From Auanema rhodensis (lineage: Eukaryota; Animalia; Nematoda): a DNA stretch of 64,000 nt. Where the stretch lies: contig OZ059894.1 of assembly GCA_964057225.1 (NCBI GenBank), forward strand, positions 11,656,001 through 11,720,000, read 5' to 3'. Positions 51,801-64,000 of the stretch are shown here, one piece after another. The translations under genes were made by a program, and so were the position numbers. The notes beneath the pieces are model-generated. The model saw only the letters and a program-made list of their open reading frames with translations, was not told where the DNA came from and searched no databases. Numbering within the stretch: the stretch's first letter is position 1; each line of letters starts with the position of its first letter.

Positions 51801-52131
51801 TGGCCCTCCAGAGCTTCTGGAGCTTCATCGCCTGGGTTTTTTGGTCTTCCTCAGGTTGTGTGTGTGGTCGGCGCCTTTGTCGGAAGTTGGGAACTTTGAT
51901 CATAATGTCAAGAGACTTTCTGATTGCGTCTACCAACTCTTCCAGGACCTGCTCGAGCTCACTTTTGCACACAACCTTTTTAATTCTATCCACCCAAGTA
52001 TTTTCAGAGTTTCTATTCGGATCAGGGTCGGCAAAAAATGGTTCTGTACTCGAAACCCTGATCTCGTTGAATATTTCACTCTCTCGCGGAAGGGGGGAAA
52101 CTTCGGCCTCTGGGGACAAGTCCAGAATTGG
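48897..52131 (-). mobile_element. Element A copy 2: 5'-truncated (3.2 kb)
   Basis: Near-identical to copy 1 from the 3' end to ...CCCAATTCTGG; flanked by U2 nt 1-110 upstream and nt 36-end downstream. Confidence 0.95.
49273..52119 (-). CDS. 5'-truncated RT/RLE ORF lacking the N-terminal zinc fingers (predicted start is an internal TTG)
   Basis: Matches aa 145-1092 of the copy 1 protein except one E->K (TIPSAEV/TIPSAKV). Confidence 0.85.
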   Translation of the reverse strand: MSPEAEVSPLPRESEIFNEIRVSSTEPFFADPDPNRNSENTWVDRIKKVVCKSELEQVLEELVDAIRKSLDIMIKVPNFRQRRRPHTQPEEDQKTQAMKLQKLWRANKKKAFRQLLGEQSETCTIPSAKVEKHFLSVHSSQGPALPITVTRPDLPASTDPLEGVFTPLEVWERIRRCSDTAPGADGLRYSHWKKFDQGGHILAAIFNTVHKLGHIPFSWKESTTVLIHKKGDKADINNWRPIALSCTIGKTYSACLTHRLLTWARAEKRLSPSQKGFVAKAGCMEHNFMLQSTIADAKRKREKIAIAWLDLANAFGSLPHETLLDVLRWSGVAEASISRVRALYTDASTRIQTGSGLTSTIPVHAGVLQGSPLSPILFNLAIEPLIKTILESSTGYKLHNHNIAVLAYADDLALVSSSSEDLQKMLDAASNAANFTGLTFKPAKCATLTIDKGKISTASYMLQSSSLPALSKFDSYSHLGIPTGMHLHKSAVPTVNIMSQHLEKIDKSLLAEWQKADAVRTFLMPCLNFHMTNGHVPKSKLVAFDKELKRCARRWMHYPPNASAEPIYLPTNYGGLGLSRLQHLSDVCEVTHAYQLLKSSDLVVADIAHQDSKKVASKRIKRQASNDETAAYYNGSVDGIFDTETSDVSSIWTRVRVAMRQLKKLINANWTCLESGLELNLNNQLLTPSLCHRSLRRALWLKDLRILLQKPDQGKVFDVTMLNKASNHFMAKGDFIRFADWRFIHKARLNTLQLNGCRRHGEGNKQCRRCSYSNETAAHVLGHCHSHTRAIQLRHNNIVDRLIKALPEPKNGEVYTNQPLPGINSTLRPDIVVVDHDAKHCSIVDVTVSYENRRQAMIAARMIKERKYADIASQYQCLGYKTSVEAYVVGMLGTMDPLNGQALRSLKISSHYNRLMEKLVVADTIKWARNIYVEHVSGVRQYEEEIIN

Positions 52132-52241
52132 GTCTCAAAAATCGGTTAACCTTATTGTGAACCAATGGAACACATATCGAAGGTTAATTCGATAAGAACG
52201 ATTACTACACTTTGATCTTAGCCAAAAGGCCGAGAAGCGAT
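52132..52241 (-). pseudogene. U2: 5' part (nt 1-110) of interrupted U2 gene, including the Sm site
   Basis: Identical to U2 nt 1-110, then switches to element A ORF sequence. Confidence 0.95.
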
Positions 52242-52683
52242 ACAGCATAGCCATGAGTATCAAAGACATCAAGCAAATGTATCGTACTTGTTACGAGTGC
52301 ACTCTCTCATTTGAATATAAAAGTGTGGTTTGACAATCTTGACTGTACAGGTCATAAATGGCTCATATAAACTGTGGATTTACTCAACTTTTGGACTTAT
52401 TTTTTTCTTATTCGAAGCGCTGCACTTTTTTCTATTCTTTTTATTCAAATACTTGTATATAGTTTTATATGTACGGTTGCAAAGTTTCCGAATATTTTAT
52501 ATATTTTTATACAATAATTAGGAGAAGGTTAATACAATGAAATCTCCCAACTTTACAGTGTTTGTATTGCTTACAGTATCTAGAACAACCACTCTTGTAA
52601 TATTAGAGCACATATCAATCAACAACTTTTTCTAGTTATCAAAGCTTTTTTATTTCTTCAAGATATTTCAAATAAAATATAAA

Positions 52684-52802
52684 AGCTTACGACACCCGGG
52701 ATTCCCAAGCCGTCTCCGATCCAAGTACTAACCGGGCCCAACGTTGCTTGACTTGCCAGATCGGACGGGATGGCGTACTTTCAACGTGGTATGGTCGTAA
52801 GC
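52684..52802 (-). rRNA. 5S rRNA
   Basis: Copy of 201-319. Confidence 0.98.
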
Positions 52803-53043
52803 AATGTTATATTCTTCATTATCAGTTATATCACTCTAAATCTTGTTGTTAATAGTTAGGACCACAAAGAAAACAACAGGAACAGTAACAAATGAAATGC
52901 CCAAACTTTACAGTGTTCGAGTTATTTACAGTATCTAAGACTACCTCTGTCGTGTTATTAGAGCAAACATTCGATTAACAACAACTTTTTTTTAGTTATC
53001 AAAGCTTTTTTATTTCTTCAAAAAATTTCAAATAAAATATAAA

Positions 53044-53162
53044 AGCTTACGACACCCGGGATTCCCAAGCCGTCTCCGATCCAAGTACTAACCGGGCCCA
53101 ACGTTGCTTGACTTGCCAGATCGGACGGGATGGCGTACTTTCAACGTGGTATGGTCGTAAGC
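53044..53162 (-). rRNA. 5S rRNA
   Basis: Copy of 201-319. Confidence 0.98.
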
Positions 53163-53304
53163 AATGTCATATTCTTCATTATCAGTTATATCACTCTAAA
53201 TCTTGTTGTTAATAGATACGACCACAAAGAAAACAACAGGAACAGTAACAATAACAAAAAAAATTTTTTTTTCACCTATGTGTCTAAAGGTTAGCCATGT
53301 ATCC

Positions 53305-53354
<50 letters not shown>

Positions 53355-54535
53355 ACAGTAAAAAGTCCAATCAAGAGAGAAATTTTTTCAACACATAGTT
53401 GTTTTTTTTTTAAATATCATTGTTTTTCCTCATAACTCGGTTTAAACTCGTTCTAACCCGTTGAAATACGTCTAGAAAGTCTTTATAACATGCATATGTA
53501 TGATAGAACTTCATATTTATTGTAATAGAAAATTTTATTTTCAGACGTCTTGGTTAACAATGATATGTTTTACCCCCTTATAATTTTTATCATAATGTTC
53601 CTTATACGGAACGCTCAATGAAACTTGCTTCCAGAAAAATTTCTTTCTATTTTTTCTTCATATGTACGTAGATACTATAGAGAACTATGATAGAAAACTT
53701 TAACATTCACGAAATCATCATTTCTCATTACGCTACGGAGGTTTAAAAAGCTGTGTTTTACCTTATAATAGACCGGAAAACCCTTGTGTTAAAACTGGAC
53801 CGTTTTTACACATATAAAAATGTCCCGTATTCGGGACCCTAATGTAACTTTTGATTCCCTATATTTTTTTTCATGAAATTTACAATCTACTGTAGAAAGA
53901 AGAATTATTTTTATAAAAACTGTAAATTTTTGAAAAATGAAAACAAAACGAAAACAAAAACAACTTTTTTTTGAACATTTTCTCACACAAGGGTCCCCCC
54001 TTACCTACTTTTTTTCTCATTACTCGTTTCAACCTCATCCGATCACTCTGCAAACATGTTTAATCGTTCTAACTTGTTGAAATACGTCTTAAAAGTCTAA
54101 ACAACATGCATATGCATAATAGAAACCACCCGAATAGGCCCCCACGCACTAAACGAGATATATACATTACCAGTATAGTAATAGAACACATATTGAAGAT
54201 TAATTCGATAAGAACAATTTATTGACGTAGAGAATGTTTGTTCCGAAAAACTACAATATTAAACTATAAAAGTAACAAAAGCGTAGAGGCAGCAAAGACA
54301 TGAATAAACATAAATGTAAATACAGAATTACCAGGTAGTACATAAGTATGACAAAAAATTATAAGAAAGCCATGAAAATAGAAGGTTTGTGAACAAATGA
54401 GAGGTACATCTTTGATCGTATAGTCATTTCTAAACCGTTCGTATGCTGCAGCATCGTCATAAGCGTCACTCAAGTTGAATTTCCATGTGTACTACACGAT
54501 TTTCATTCTTATTGTTACATTCTTTCCCTGAGGGA

Positions 54536-54720
54536 ATGGGCCGTTCCCGCCAGCAGTGCAAGAGCGGGTCGACCCGTGAGGTGGAGCTAGCAAGCCAGCA
54601 TCTACCTCAAGTCTCAAAAATCGGTTAACCTTATTGTGAACCAATGGAACACATATCGAAGGTTAATTCGATAAGAACGATTACTACACTTTGATCTTAG
54701 CCAAAAGGCCGAGAAGCGAT
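54536..54720 (-). ncRNA. U2: U2 snRNA
   Basis: Copy of 1689-1873. Confidence 0.97.
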
Positions 54721-55162
54721 ACAGCATAGCCATGAGTATCAAAGACATCAAGCAAATGTATCGTACTTGTTACGAGTGCACTCTCTCATTTGAATATAAA
54801 AGTGTGGTTTGACAATCTTGACTGTACAGGTCATAAATGGCTCATATAAACTGTGGATTTACTCAACTTTTGGACTTATTTTTTTCTTATTCGAAGCGCT
54901 GCACTTTTTTCTATTCTTTTTATTCAAATACTTGTATATAGTTTTATATGTACGGTTGCAAAGTTTCCGAATATTTTATATATTTTTATACAATAATTAG
55001 GAGAAGGTTAATACAATGAAATCTCCCAACTTTACAGTGTTTGTATTGCTTACAGTATCTAGAACAACCACTCTTGTAATATTAGAGCACATATCAATCA
55101 ACAACTTTTTCTAGTTATCAAAGCTTTTTTATTTCTTCAAGATATTTCAAATAAAATATAAA

Positions 55163-55281
55163 AGCTTACGACACCCGGGATTCCCAAGCCGTCTCCGATC
55201 CAAGTACTAACCGGGCCCAACGTTGCTTGACTTGCCAGATCGGACGGGATGGCGTACTTTCAACGTGGTATGGTCGTAAGC
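55163..55281 (-). rRNA. 5S rRNA
   Basis: Copy of 201-319. Confidence 0.98.
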
Positions 55282-55522
55282 AATGTTATATTCTTCATTA
55301 TCAGTTATATCACTCTAAATCTTGTTGTTAATAGTTAGGACCACAAAGAAAACAACAGGAACAGTAACAAATGAAATGCCCAAACTTTACAGTGTTCGAG
55401 TTATTTACAGTATCTAAGACTACCTCTGTCGTGTTATTAGAGCAAACATTCGATTAACAACAACTTTTTTTTAGTTATCAAAGCTTTTTTATTTCTTCAA
55501 AAAATTTCAAATAAAATATAAA

Positions 55523-55641
55523 AGCTTACGACACCCGGGATTCCCAAGCCGTCTCCGATCCAAGTACTAACCGGGCCCAACGTTGCTTGACTTGCCAGAT
55601 CGGACGGGATGGCGTACTTTCAACGTGGTATGGTCGTAAGC
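55523..55641 (-). rRNA. 5S rRNA
   Basis: Copy of 201-319. Confidence 0.98.
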
Positions 55642-55783
55642 AATGTCATATTCTTCATTATCAGTTATATCACTCTAAATCTTGTTGTTAATAGATACGA
55701 CCACAAAGAAAACAACAGGAACAGTAACAATAACAAAAAAAATTTTTTTTTCACCTATGTGTCTAAAGGTTAGCCATGTATCC

Positions 55784-55827
<44 letters not shown>

Positions 55828-57008
55828 ACAGTAAAAAGTCCAATCAAGAGAGAAATTTTTTCAACACATAGTTGTTTTTTTTTTAAATATCATTGTTTTT
55901 CCTCATAACTCGGTTTAAACTCGTTCTAACCCGTTGAAATACGTCTAGAAAGTCTTTATAACATGCATATGTATGATAGAACTTCATATTTATTGTAATA
56001 GAAAATTTTATTTTCAGACGTCTTGGTTAACAATGATATGTTTTACCCCCTTATAATTTTTATCATAATGTTCCTTATACGGAACGCTCAATGAAACTTG
56101 CTTCCAGAAAAATTTCTTTCTATTTTTTCTTCATATGTACGTAGATACTATAGAGAACTATGATAGAAAACTTTAACATTCACGAAATCATCATTTCTCA
56201 TTACGCTACGGAGGTTTAAAAAGCTGTGTTTTACCTTATAATAGACCGGAAAACCCTTGTGTTAAAACTGGACCGTTTTTACACATATAAAAATGTCCCG
56301 TATTCGGGACCCTAATGTAACTTTTGATTCCCTATATTTTTTTTCATGAAATTTACAATCTACTGTAGAAAGAAGAATTATTTTTATAAAAACTGTAAAT
56401 TTTTGAAAAATGAAAACAAAACGAAAACAAAAACAACTTTTTTTTGAACATTTTCTCACACAAGGGTCCCCCCTTACCTACTTTTTTTCTCATTACTCGT
56501 TTCAACCTCATCCGATCACTCTGCAAACATGTTTAATCGTTCTAACTTGTTGAAATACGTCTTAAAAGTCTAAACAACATGCATATGCATAATAGAAACC
56601 ACCCGAATAGGCCCCCACGCACTAAACGAGATATATACATTACCAGTATAGTAATAGAACACATATTGAAGATTAATTCGATAAGAACAATTTATTGACG
56701 TAGAGAATGTTTGTTCCGAAAAACTACAATATTAAACTATAAAAGTAACAAAAGCGTAGAGGCAGCAAAGACATGAATAAACATAAATGTAAATACAGAA
56801 TTACCAGGTAGTACATAAGTATGACAAAAAATTATAAGAAAGCCATGAAAATAGAAGGTTTGTGAACAAATGAGAGGTACATCTTTGATCGTATAGTCAT
56901 TTCTAAACCGTTCGTATGCTGCAGCATCGTCATAAGCGTCACTCAAGTTGAATTTCCATGTGTACTACACGATTTTCATTCTTATTGTTACATTCTTTCC
57001 CTGAGGGA

Positions 57009-57193
57009 ATGGGCCGTTCCCGCCAGCAGTGCAAGAGCGGGTCGACCCGTGAGGTGGAGCTAGCAAGCCAGCATCTACCTCAAGTCTCAAAAATCGGTTA
57101 ACCTTATTGTGAACCAATGGAACACATATCGAAGGTTAATTCGATAAGAACGATTACTACACTTTGATCTTAGCCAAAAGGCCGAGAAGCGAT
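57009..57193 (-). ncRNA. U2: U2 snRNA
   Basis: Copy of 1689-1873. Confidence 0.97.
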
Positions 57194-57635
57194 ACAGCAT
57201 AGCCATGAGTATCAAAGACATCAAGCAAATGTATCGTACTTGTTACGAGTGCACTCTCTCATTTGAATATAAAAGTGTGGTTTGACAATCTTGACTGTAC
57301 AGGTCATAAATGGCTCATATAAACTGTGGATTTACTCAACTTTTGGACTTATTTTTTTCTTATTCGAAGCGCTGCACTTTTTTCTATTCTTTTTATTCAA
57401 ATACTTGTATATAGTTTTATATGTACGGTTGCAAAGTTTCCGAATATTTTATATATTTTTATACAATAATTAGGAGAAGGTTAATACAATGAAATCTCCC
57501 AACTTTACAGTGTTTGTATTGCTTACAGTATCTAGAACAACCACTCTTGTAATATTAGAGCACATATCAATCAACAACTTTTTCTAGTTATCAAAGCTTT
57601 TTTATTTCTTCAAGATATTTCAAATAAAATATAAA

Positions 57636-57754
57636 AGCTTACGACACCCGGGATTCCCAAGCCGTCTCCGATCCAAGTACTAACCGGGCCCAACGTTGCT
57701 TGACTTGCCAGATCGGACGGGATGGCGTACTTTCAACGTGGTATGGTCGTAAGC
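57636..57754 (-). rRNA. 5S rRNA
   Basis: Copy of 201-319. Confidence 0.98.
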
Positions 57755-57995
57755 AATGTTATATTCTTCATTATCAGTTATATCACTCTAAATCTTGTTG
57801 TTAATAGTTAGGACCACAAAGAAAACAACAGGAACAGTAACAAATGAAATGCCCAAACTTTACAGTGTTCGAGTTATTTACAGTATCTAAGACTACCTCT
57901 GTCGTGTTATTAGAGCAAACATTCGATTAACAACAACTTTTTTTTAGTTATCAAAGCTTTTTTATTTCTTCAAAAAATTTCAAATAAAATATAAA

Positions 57996-58114
57996 AGCTT
58001 ACGACACCCGGGATTCCCAAGCCGTCTCCGATCCAAGTACTAACCGGGCCCAACGTTGCTTGACTTGCCAGATCGGACGGGATGGCGTACTTTCAACGTG
58101 GTATGGTCGTAAGC
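57996..58114 (-). rRNA. 5S rRNA
   Basis: Copy of 201-319. Confidence 0.98.
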
Positions 58115-58256
58115 AATGTCATATTCTTCATTATCAGTTATATCACTCTAAATCTTGTTGTTAATAGATACGACCACAAAGAAAACAACAGGAACAGTAA
58201 CAATAACAAAAAAAATTTTTTTTTCACCTATGTGTCTAAAGGTTAGCCATGTATCC

Positions 58257-58292
<36 letters not shown>

Positions 58293-59473
58293 ACAGTAAA
58301 AAGTCCAATCAAGAGAGAAATTTTTTCAACACATAGTTGTTTTTTTTTTAAATATCATTGTTTTTCCTCATAACTCGGTTTAAACTCGTTCTAACCCGTT
58401 GAAATACGTCTAGAAAGTCTTTATAACATGCATATGTATGATAGAACTTCATATTTATTGTAATAGAAAATTTTATTTTCAGACGTCTTGGTTAACAATG
58501 ATATGTTTTACCCCCTTATAATTTTTATCATAATGTTCCTTATACGGAACGCTCAATGAAACTTGCTTCCAGAAAAATTTCTTTCTATTTTTTCTTCATA
58601 TGTACGTAGATACTATAGAGAACTATGATAGAAAACTTTAACATTCACGAAATCATCATTTCTCATTACGCTACGGAGGTTTAAAAAGCTGTGTTTTACC
58701 TTATAATAGACCGGAAAACCCTTGTGTTAAAACTGGACCGTTTTTACACATATAAAAATGTCCCGTATTCGGGACCCTAATGTAACTTTTGATTCCCTAT
58801 ATTTTTTTTCATGAAATTTACAATCTACTGTAGAAAGAAGAATTATTTTTATAAAAACTGTAAATTTTTGAAAAATGAAAACAAAACGAAAACAAAAACA
58901 ACTTTTTTTTGAACATTTTCTCACACAAGGGTCCCCCCTTACCTACTTTTTTTCTCATTACTCGTTTCAACCTCATCCGATCACTCTGCAAACATGTTTA
59001 ATCGTTCTAACTTGTTGAAATACGTCTTAAAAGTCTAAACAACATGCATATGCATAATAGAAACCACCCGAATAGGCCCCCACGCACTAAACGAGATATA
59101 TACATTACCAGTATAGTAATAGAACACATATTGAAGATTAATTCGATAAGAACAATTTATTGACGTAGAGAATGTTTGTTCCGAAAAACTACAATATTAA
59201 ACTATAAAAGTAACAAAAGCGTAGAGGCAGCAAAGACATGAATAAACATAAATGTAAATACAGAATTACCAGGTAGTACATAAGTATGACAAAAAATTAT
59301 AAGAAAGCCATGAAAATAGAAGGTTTGTGAACAAATGAGAGGTACATCTTTGATCGTATAGTCATTTCTAAACCGTTCGTATGCTGCAGCATCGTCATAA
59401 GCGTCACTCAAGTTGAATTTCCATGTGTACTACACGATTTTCATTCTTATTGTTACATTCTTTCCCTGAGGGA

Positions 59474-59658
59474 ATGGGCCGTTCCCGCCAGCAGTGCAAG
59501 AGCGGGTCGACCCGTGAGGTGGAGCTAGCAAGCCAGCATCTACCTCAAGTCTCAAAAATCGGTTAACCTTATTGTGAACCAATGGAACACATATCGAAGG
59601 TTAATTCGATAAGAACGATTACTACACTTTGATCTTAGCCAAAAGGCCGAGAAGCGAT
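59474..59658 (-). ncRNA. U2: U2 snRNA
   Basis: Copy of 1689-1873. Confidence 0.97.
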
Positions 59659-60100
59659 ACAGCATAGCCATGAGTATCAAAGACATCAAGCAAATGTATC
59701 GTACTTGTTACGAGTGCACTCTCTCATTTGAATATAAAAGTGTGGTTTGACAATCTTGACTGTACAGGTCATAAATGGCTCATATAAACTGTGGATTTAC
59801 TCAACTTTTGGACTTATTTTTTTCTTATTCGAAGCGCTGCACTTTTTTCTATTCTTTTTATTCAAATACTTGTATATAGTTTTATATGTACGGTTGCAAA
59901 GTTTCCGAATATTTTATATATTTTTATACAATAATTAGGAGAAGGTTAATACAATGAAATCTCCCAACTTTACAGTGTTTGTATTGCTTACAGTATCTAG
60001 AACAACCACTCTTGTAATATTAGAGCACATATCAATCAACAACTTTTTCTAGTTATCAAAGCTTTTTTATTTCTTCAAGATATTTCAAATAAAATATAAA

Positions 60101-60219
60101 AGCTTACGACACCCGGGATTCCCAAGCCGTCTCCGATCCAAGTACTAACCGGGCCCAACGTTGCTTGACTTGCCAGATCGGACGGGATGGCGTACTTTCA
60201 ACGTGGTATGGTCGTAAGC
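60101..60219 (-). rRNA. 5S rRNA
   Basis: Copy of 201-319. Confidence 0.98.
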
Positions 60220-60460
60220 AATGTTATATTCTTCATTATCAGTTATATCACTCTAAATCTTGTTGTTAATAGTTAGGACCACAAAGAAAACAACAGGAAC
60301 AGTAACAAATGAAATGCCCAAACTTTACAGTGTTCGAGTTATTTACAGTATCTAAGACTACCTCTGTCGTGTTATTAGAGCAAACATTCGATTAACAACA
60401 ACTTTTTTTTAGTTATCAAAGCTTTTTTATTTCTTCAAAAAATTTCAAATAAAATATAAA

Positions 60461-60579
60461 AGCTTACGACACCCTGGATTCCCAAGCCGTCTCCGATCCA
60501 AGTACTAACCGGGCCCAACGTTGCTTGACTTGCCAGATCGGACGGGATGGCGTACTTTCAACGTGGTATGGTCGTAAGC
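60461..60579 (-). rRNA. 5S rRNA (C105A variant)
   Basis: Copy of 201-319 with g->t at 60475. Confidence 0.96.
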
Positions 60580-60722
60580 AATGTCATATTCTTCATTATC
60601 AGTTATATCACTCTAAATCTTGTTGTTAATAGATACGACCACAAAGAAAACAACAGGAACAGTAACAATAACAAAAAAAATTTTTTTTTCACCTATGTGT
60701 CTAAAGGTTAGCCATGTATCCG

Positions 60723-60786
<64 letters not shown>

Positions 60787-61967
60787 ACAGTAAAAAGTCC
60801 AATCAAGAGAGAAATTTTTTCAACACATAGTTGTTTTTTTTTTAAATATCATTGTTTTTCCTCATAACTCGGTTTAAACTCGTTCTAACCCGTTGAAATA
60901 CGTCTAGAAAGTCTTTATAACATGCATATGTATGATAGAACTTCATATTTATTGTAATAGAAAATTTTATTTTCAGACGTCTTGGTTAACAATGATATGT
61001 TTTACCCCCTTATAATTTTTATCATAATGTTCCTTATACGGAACGCTCAATGAAACTTGCTTCCAGAAAAATTTCTTTCTATTTTGTCTTCATATGTACG
61101 TAGATACTATAGAGAACTATGATAGAAAACTTTAACATTCACGAAATCATCATTTCTCATTACGCTACGGAGGTTTAAAAAGCTGTGTTTTACCTTATAA
61201 TAGACCGGAAAACCCTTGTGTTAAAACTGGACCGTTTTTACACATATAAAAATGTCCCGTATTCGGGACCCTAATGTAACTTTTGATTCCCTATATTTTT
61301 TTTCATGAAATTTACAATCTACTGTAGAAAGAAGAATTATTTTTATAAAAACTGTAAATTTTTGAAAAATGAAAACAAAACGAAAACAAAAACAACTTTT
61401 TTTTGAACATTTTCTCACACAAGGGTCCCCCCTTACCTACTTTTTTTCTCATTACTCGTTTCAACCTCATCCGATCACTCTGCAAACATGTTTAATCGTT
61501 CTAACTTGTTGAAATACGTCTTAAAAGTCTAAACAACATGCATATGCATAATAGAAACCACCCGAATAGGCCCCCACGCACTAAACGAGATATATACATT
61601 ACCAGTATAGTAATAGAACACATATTGAAGATTAATTCGATAAGAACAATTTATTGACGTAGAGAATGTTTGTTCCGAAAAACTACAATATTAAACTATA
61701 AAAGTAACAAAAGCGTAGAGGCAGCAAAGACATGAATAAACATAAATGTAAATACAGAATTACCAGGTAGTACATAAGTATGACAAAAAATTATAAGAAA
61801 GCCATGAAAATAGAAGGTTTGTGAACAAATGAGAGGTACATCTTTGATCGTATAGTCATTTCTAAACCGTTCGTATGCTGCAGCATCGTCATAAGCGTCA
61901 CTCAAGTTGAATTTCCATGTGTACTACACGATTTTCATTCTTATTGTTACATTCTTTCCCTGAGGGA

Positions 61968-62152
61968 ATGGGCCGTTCCCGCCAGCAGTGCAAGAGCGGG
62001 TCGACCCGTGAGGTGGAGCTAGCAAGCCAGCATCTACCTCAAGTCTCAAAAATCGGTTAACCTTATTGTGAACCAATGGAACACATATCGAAGGTTAATT
62101 CGATAAGAACGATTACTACACTTTGATCTTAGCCAAAAGGCCGAGAAGCGAT
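61968..62152 (-). ncRNA. U2: U2 snRNA
   Basis: Copy of 1689-1873. Confidence 0.97.
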
Positions 62153-62594
62153 ACAGCATAGCCATGAGTATCAAAGACATCAAGCAAATGTATCGTACTT
62201 GTTACGAGTGCACTCTCTCATTTGAATATAAAAGTGTGGTTTGACAATCTTGACTGTACAGGTCATAAATGGCTCATATAAACTGTGGATTTACTCAACT
62301 TTTGGACTTATTTTTTTCTTATTCGAAGCGCTGCACTTTTTTCTATTCTTTTTATTCAAATACTTGTATATAGTTTTATATGTACGGTTGCAAAGTTTCC
62401 GAATATTTTATATATTTTTATACAATAATTAGGAGAAGGTTAATACAATGAAATCTCCCAACTTTACAGTGTTTGTATTGCTTACAGTATCTAGAACAAC
62501 CACTCTTGTAATATTAGAGCACATATCAATCAACAACTTTTTCTAGTTATCAAAGCTTTTTTATTTCTTCAAGATATTTCAAATAAAATATAAA

Positions 62595-62713
62595 AGCTTA
62601 CGACACCCGGGATTCCCAAGCCGTCTCCGATCCAAGTACTAACCGGGCCCAACGTTGCTTGACTTGCCAGATCGGACGGGATGGCGTACTTTCAACGTGG
62701 TATGGTCGTAAGC
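62595..62713 (-). rRNA. 5S rRNA
   Basis: Copy of 201-319. Confidence 0.98.
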
Positions 62714-62954
62714 AATGTTATATTCTTCATTATCAGTTATATCACTCTAAATCTTGTTGTTAATAGTTAGGACCACAAAGAAAACAACAGGAACAGTAAC
62801 AAATGAAATGCCCAAACTTTACAGTGTTCGAGTTATTTACAGTATCTAAGACTACCTCTGTCGTGTTATTAGAGCAAACATTCGATTAACAACAACTTTT
62901 TTTTAGTTATCAAAGCTTTTTTATTTCTTCAAAAAATTTCAAATAAAATATAAA

Positions 62955-63073
62955 AGCTTACGACACCCGGGATTCCCAAGCCGTCTCCGATCCAAGTACT
63001 AACCGGGCCCAACGTTGCTTGACTTGCCAGATCGGACGGGATGGCGTACTTTCAACGTGGTATGGTCGTAAGC
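62955..63073 (-). rRNA. 5S rRNA
   Basis: Copy of 201-319. Confidence 0.98.
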
Positions 63074-63215
63074 AATGTCATATTCTTCATTATCAGTTAT
63101 ATCACTCTAAATCTTGTTGTTAATAGATACGACCACAAAGAAAACAACAGGAACAGTAACAATAACAAAAAAAATTTTTTTTTCACCTATGTGTCTAAAG
63201 GTTAGCCATGTATCC

Positions 63216-63263
<48 letters not shown>

Positions 63264-64000
63264 ACAGTAAAAAGTCCAATCAAGAGAGAAATTTTTTCAA
63301 CACATAGTTGTTTTTTTTTTAAATATCATTGTTTTTCCTCATAACTCGGTTTAAACTCGTTCTAACCCGTTGAAATACGTCTAGAAAGTCTTTATAACAT
63401 GCATATGTATGATAGAACTTCATATTTATTGTAATAGAAAATTTTATTTTCAGACGTCTTGGTTAACAATGATATGTTTTACCCCCTTATAATTTTTATC
63501 ATAATGTTCCTTATACGGAACGCTCAATGAAACTTGCTTCCAGAAAAATTTCTTTCTATTTTTTCTTCATATGTACGTAGATACTATAGAGAACTATGAT
63601 AGAAAACTTTAACATTCACGAAATCATCATTTCTCATTACGCTACGGAGGTTTAAAAAGCTGTGTTTTACCTTATAATAGACCGGAAAACCCTTGTGTTA
63701 AAACTGGACCGTTTTTACACATATAAAAATGTCCCGTATTCGGGACCCTAATGTAACTTTTGATTCCCTATATTTTTTTTCATGAAATTTACAATCTACT
63801 GTAGAAAGAAGAATTATTTTTATAAAAACTGTAAATTTTTGAAAAATGAAAACAAAACGAAAACAAAAACAACTTTTTTTTGAACATTTTCTCACACAAG
63901 GGTCCCCCCTTACCTACTTTTTTTCTCATTACTCGTTTCAACCTCATCCGATCACTCTGCAAACATGTTTAATCGTTCTAACTTGTTGAAATACGTCTTA

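Larger units (their letters stand above)
1..64000 (-). repeat. Tandem array of ~2.47-kb U2 snRNA + 2x5S rRNA units (22 U2 loci, partial units at both edges)
   Basis: Identical sequence and identical spurious ORFs recur every 2461-2496 bp; length differences come mostly from the (TA)n tract. Confidence 0.99.

Noticed and set aside
1-64000. CRISPR array, SL1 RNA gene or tRNA genes
   Set aside because: No short repeat with unique spacers, no GGTTTAATTACCCAAGTTTGAG leader and no cloverleaf seen

Overview
Eukaryotic (nematode-like, judged from the 5S and U2 sequences) AT-rich tandem array of a ~2.46-2.50 kb unit, homogenised to near identity. Each unit carries, all on the minus strand, two 5S rRNA genes 360 bp apart and one U2 snRNA gene, plus a variable (TA)n microsatellite. 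The window holds 46 5S genes and 22 U2 loci, 19 intact and 3 interrupted. All interruptions fall at the same site, the U2 branch-point recognition sequence GTAGTA. They are three copies of one U2-targeting RLE-type non-LTR retrotransposon (Utopia-like, 'element A'): a near-full-length copy with an intact 1092-aa ZnF-RT-RLE ORF, a 5'-truncated 3.2 kb copy, and a 72-bp 3' stub. Stacked directly upstream of the long copy is a second ~743-bp element with no RT ('element B') that uses the same U2 site. A decayed B(3' end)-U2 fragment-B(5' start) junction is fixed in every array unit. The U2 gene itself departs from the near-universal U2 sequence at the insertion site. The short repeated ORFs in the ORF track are spurious.
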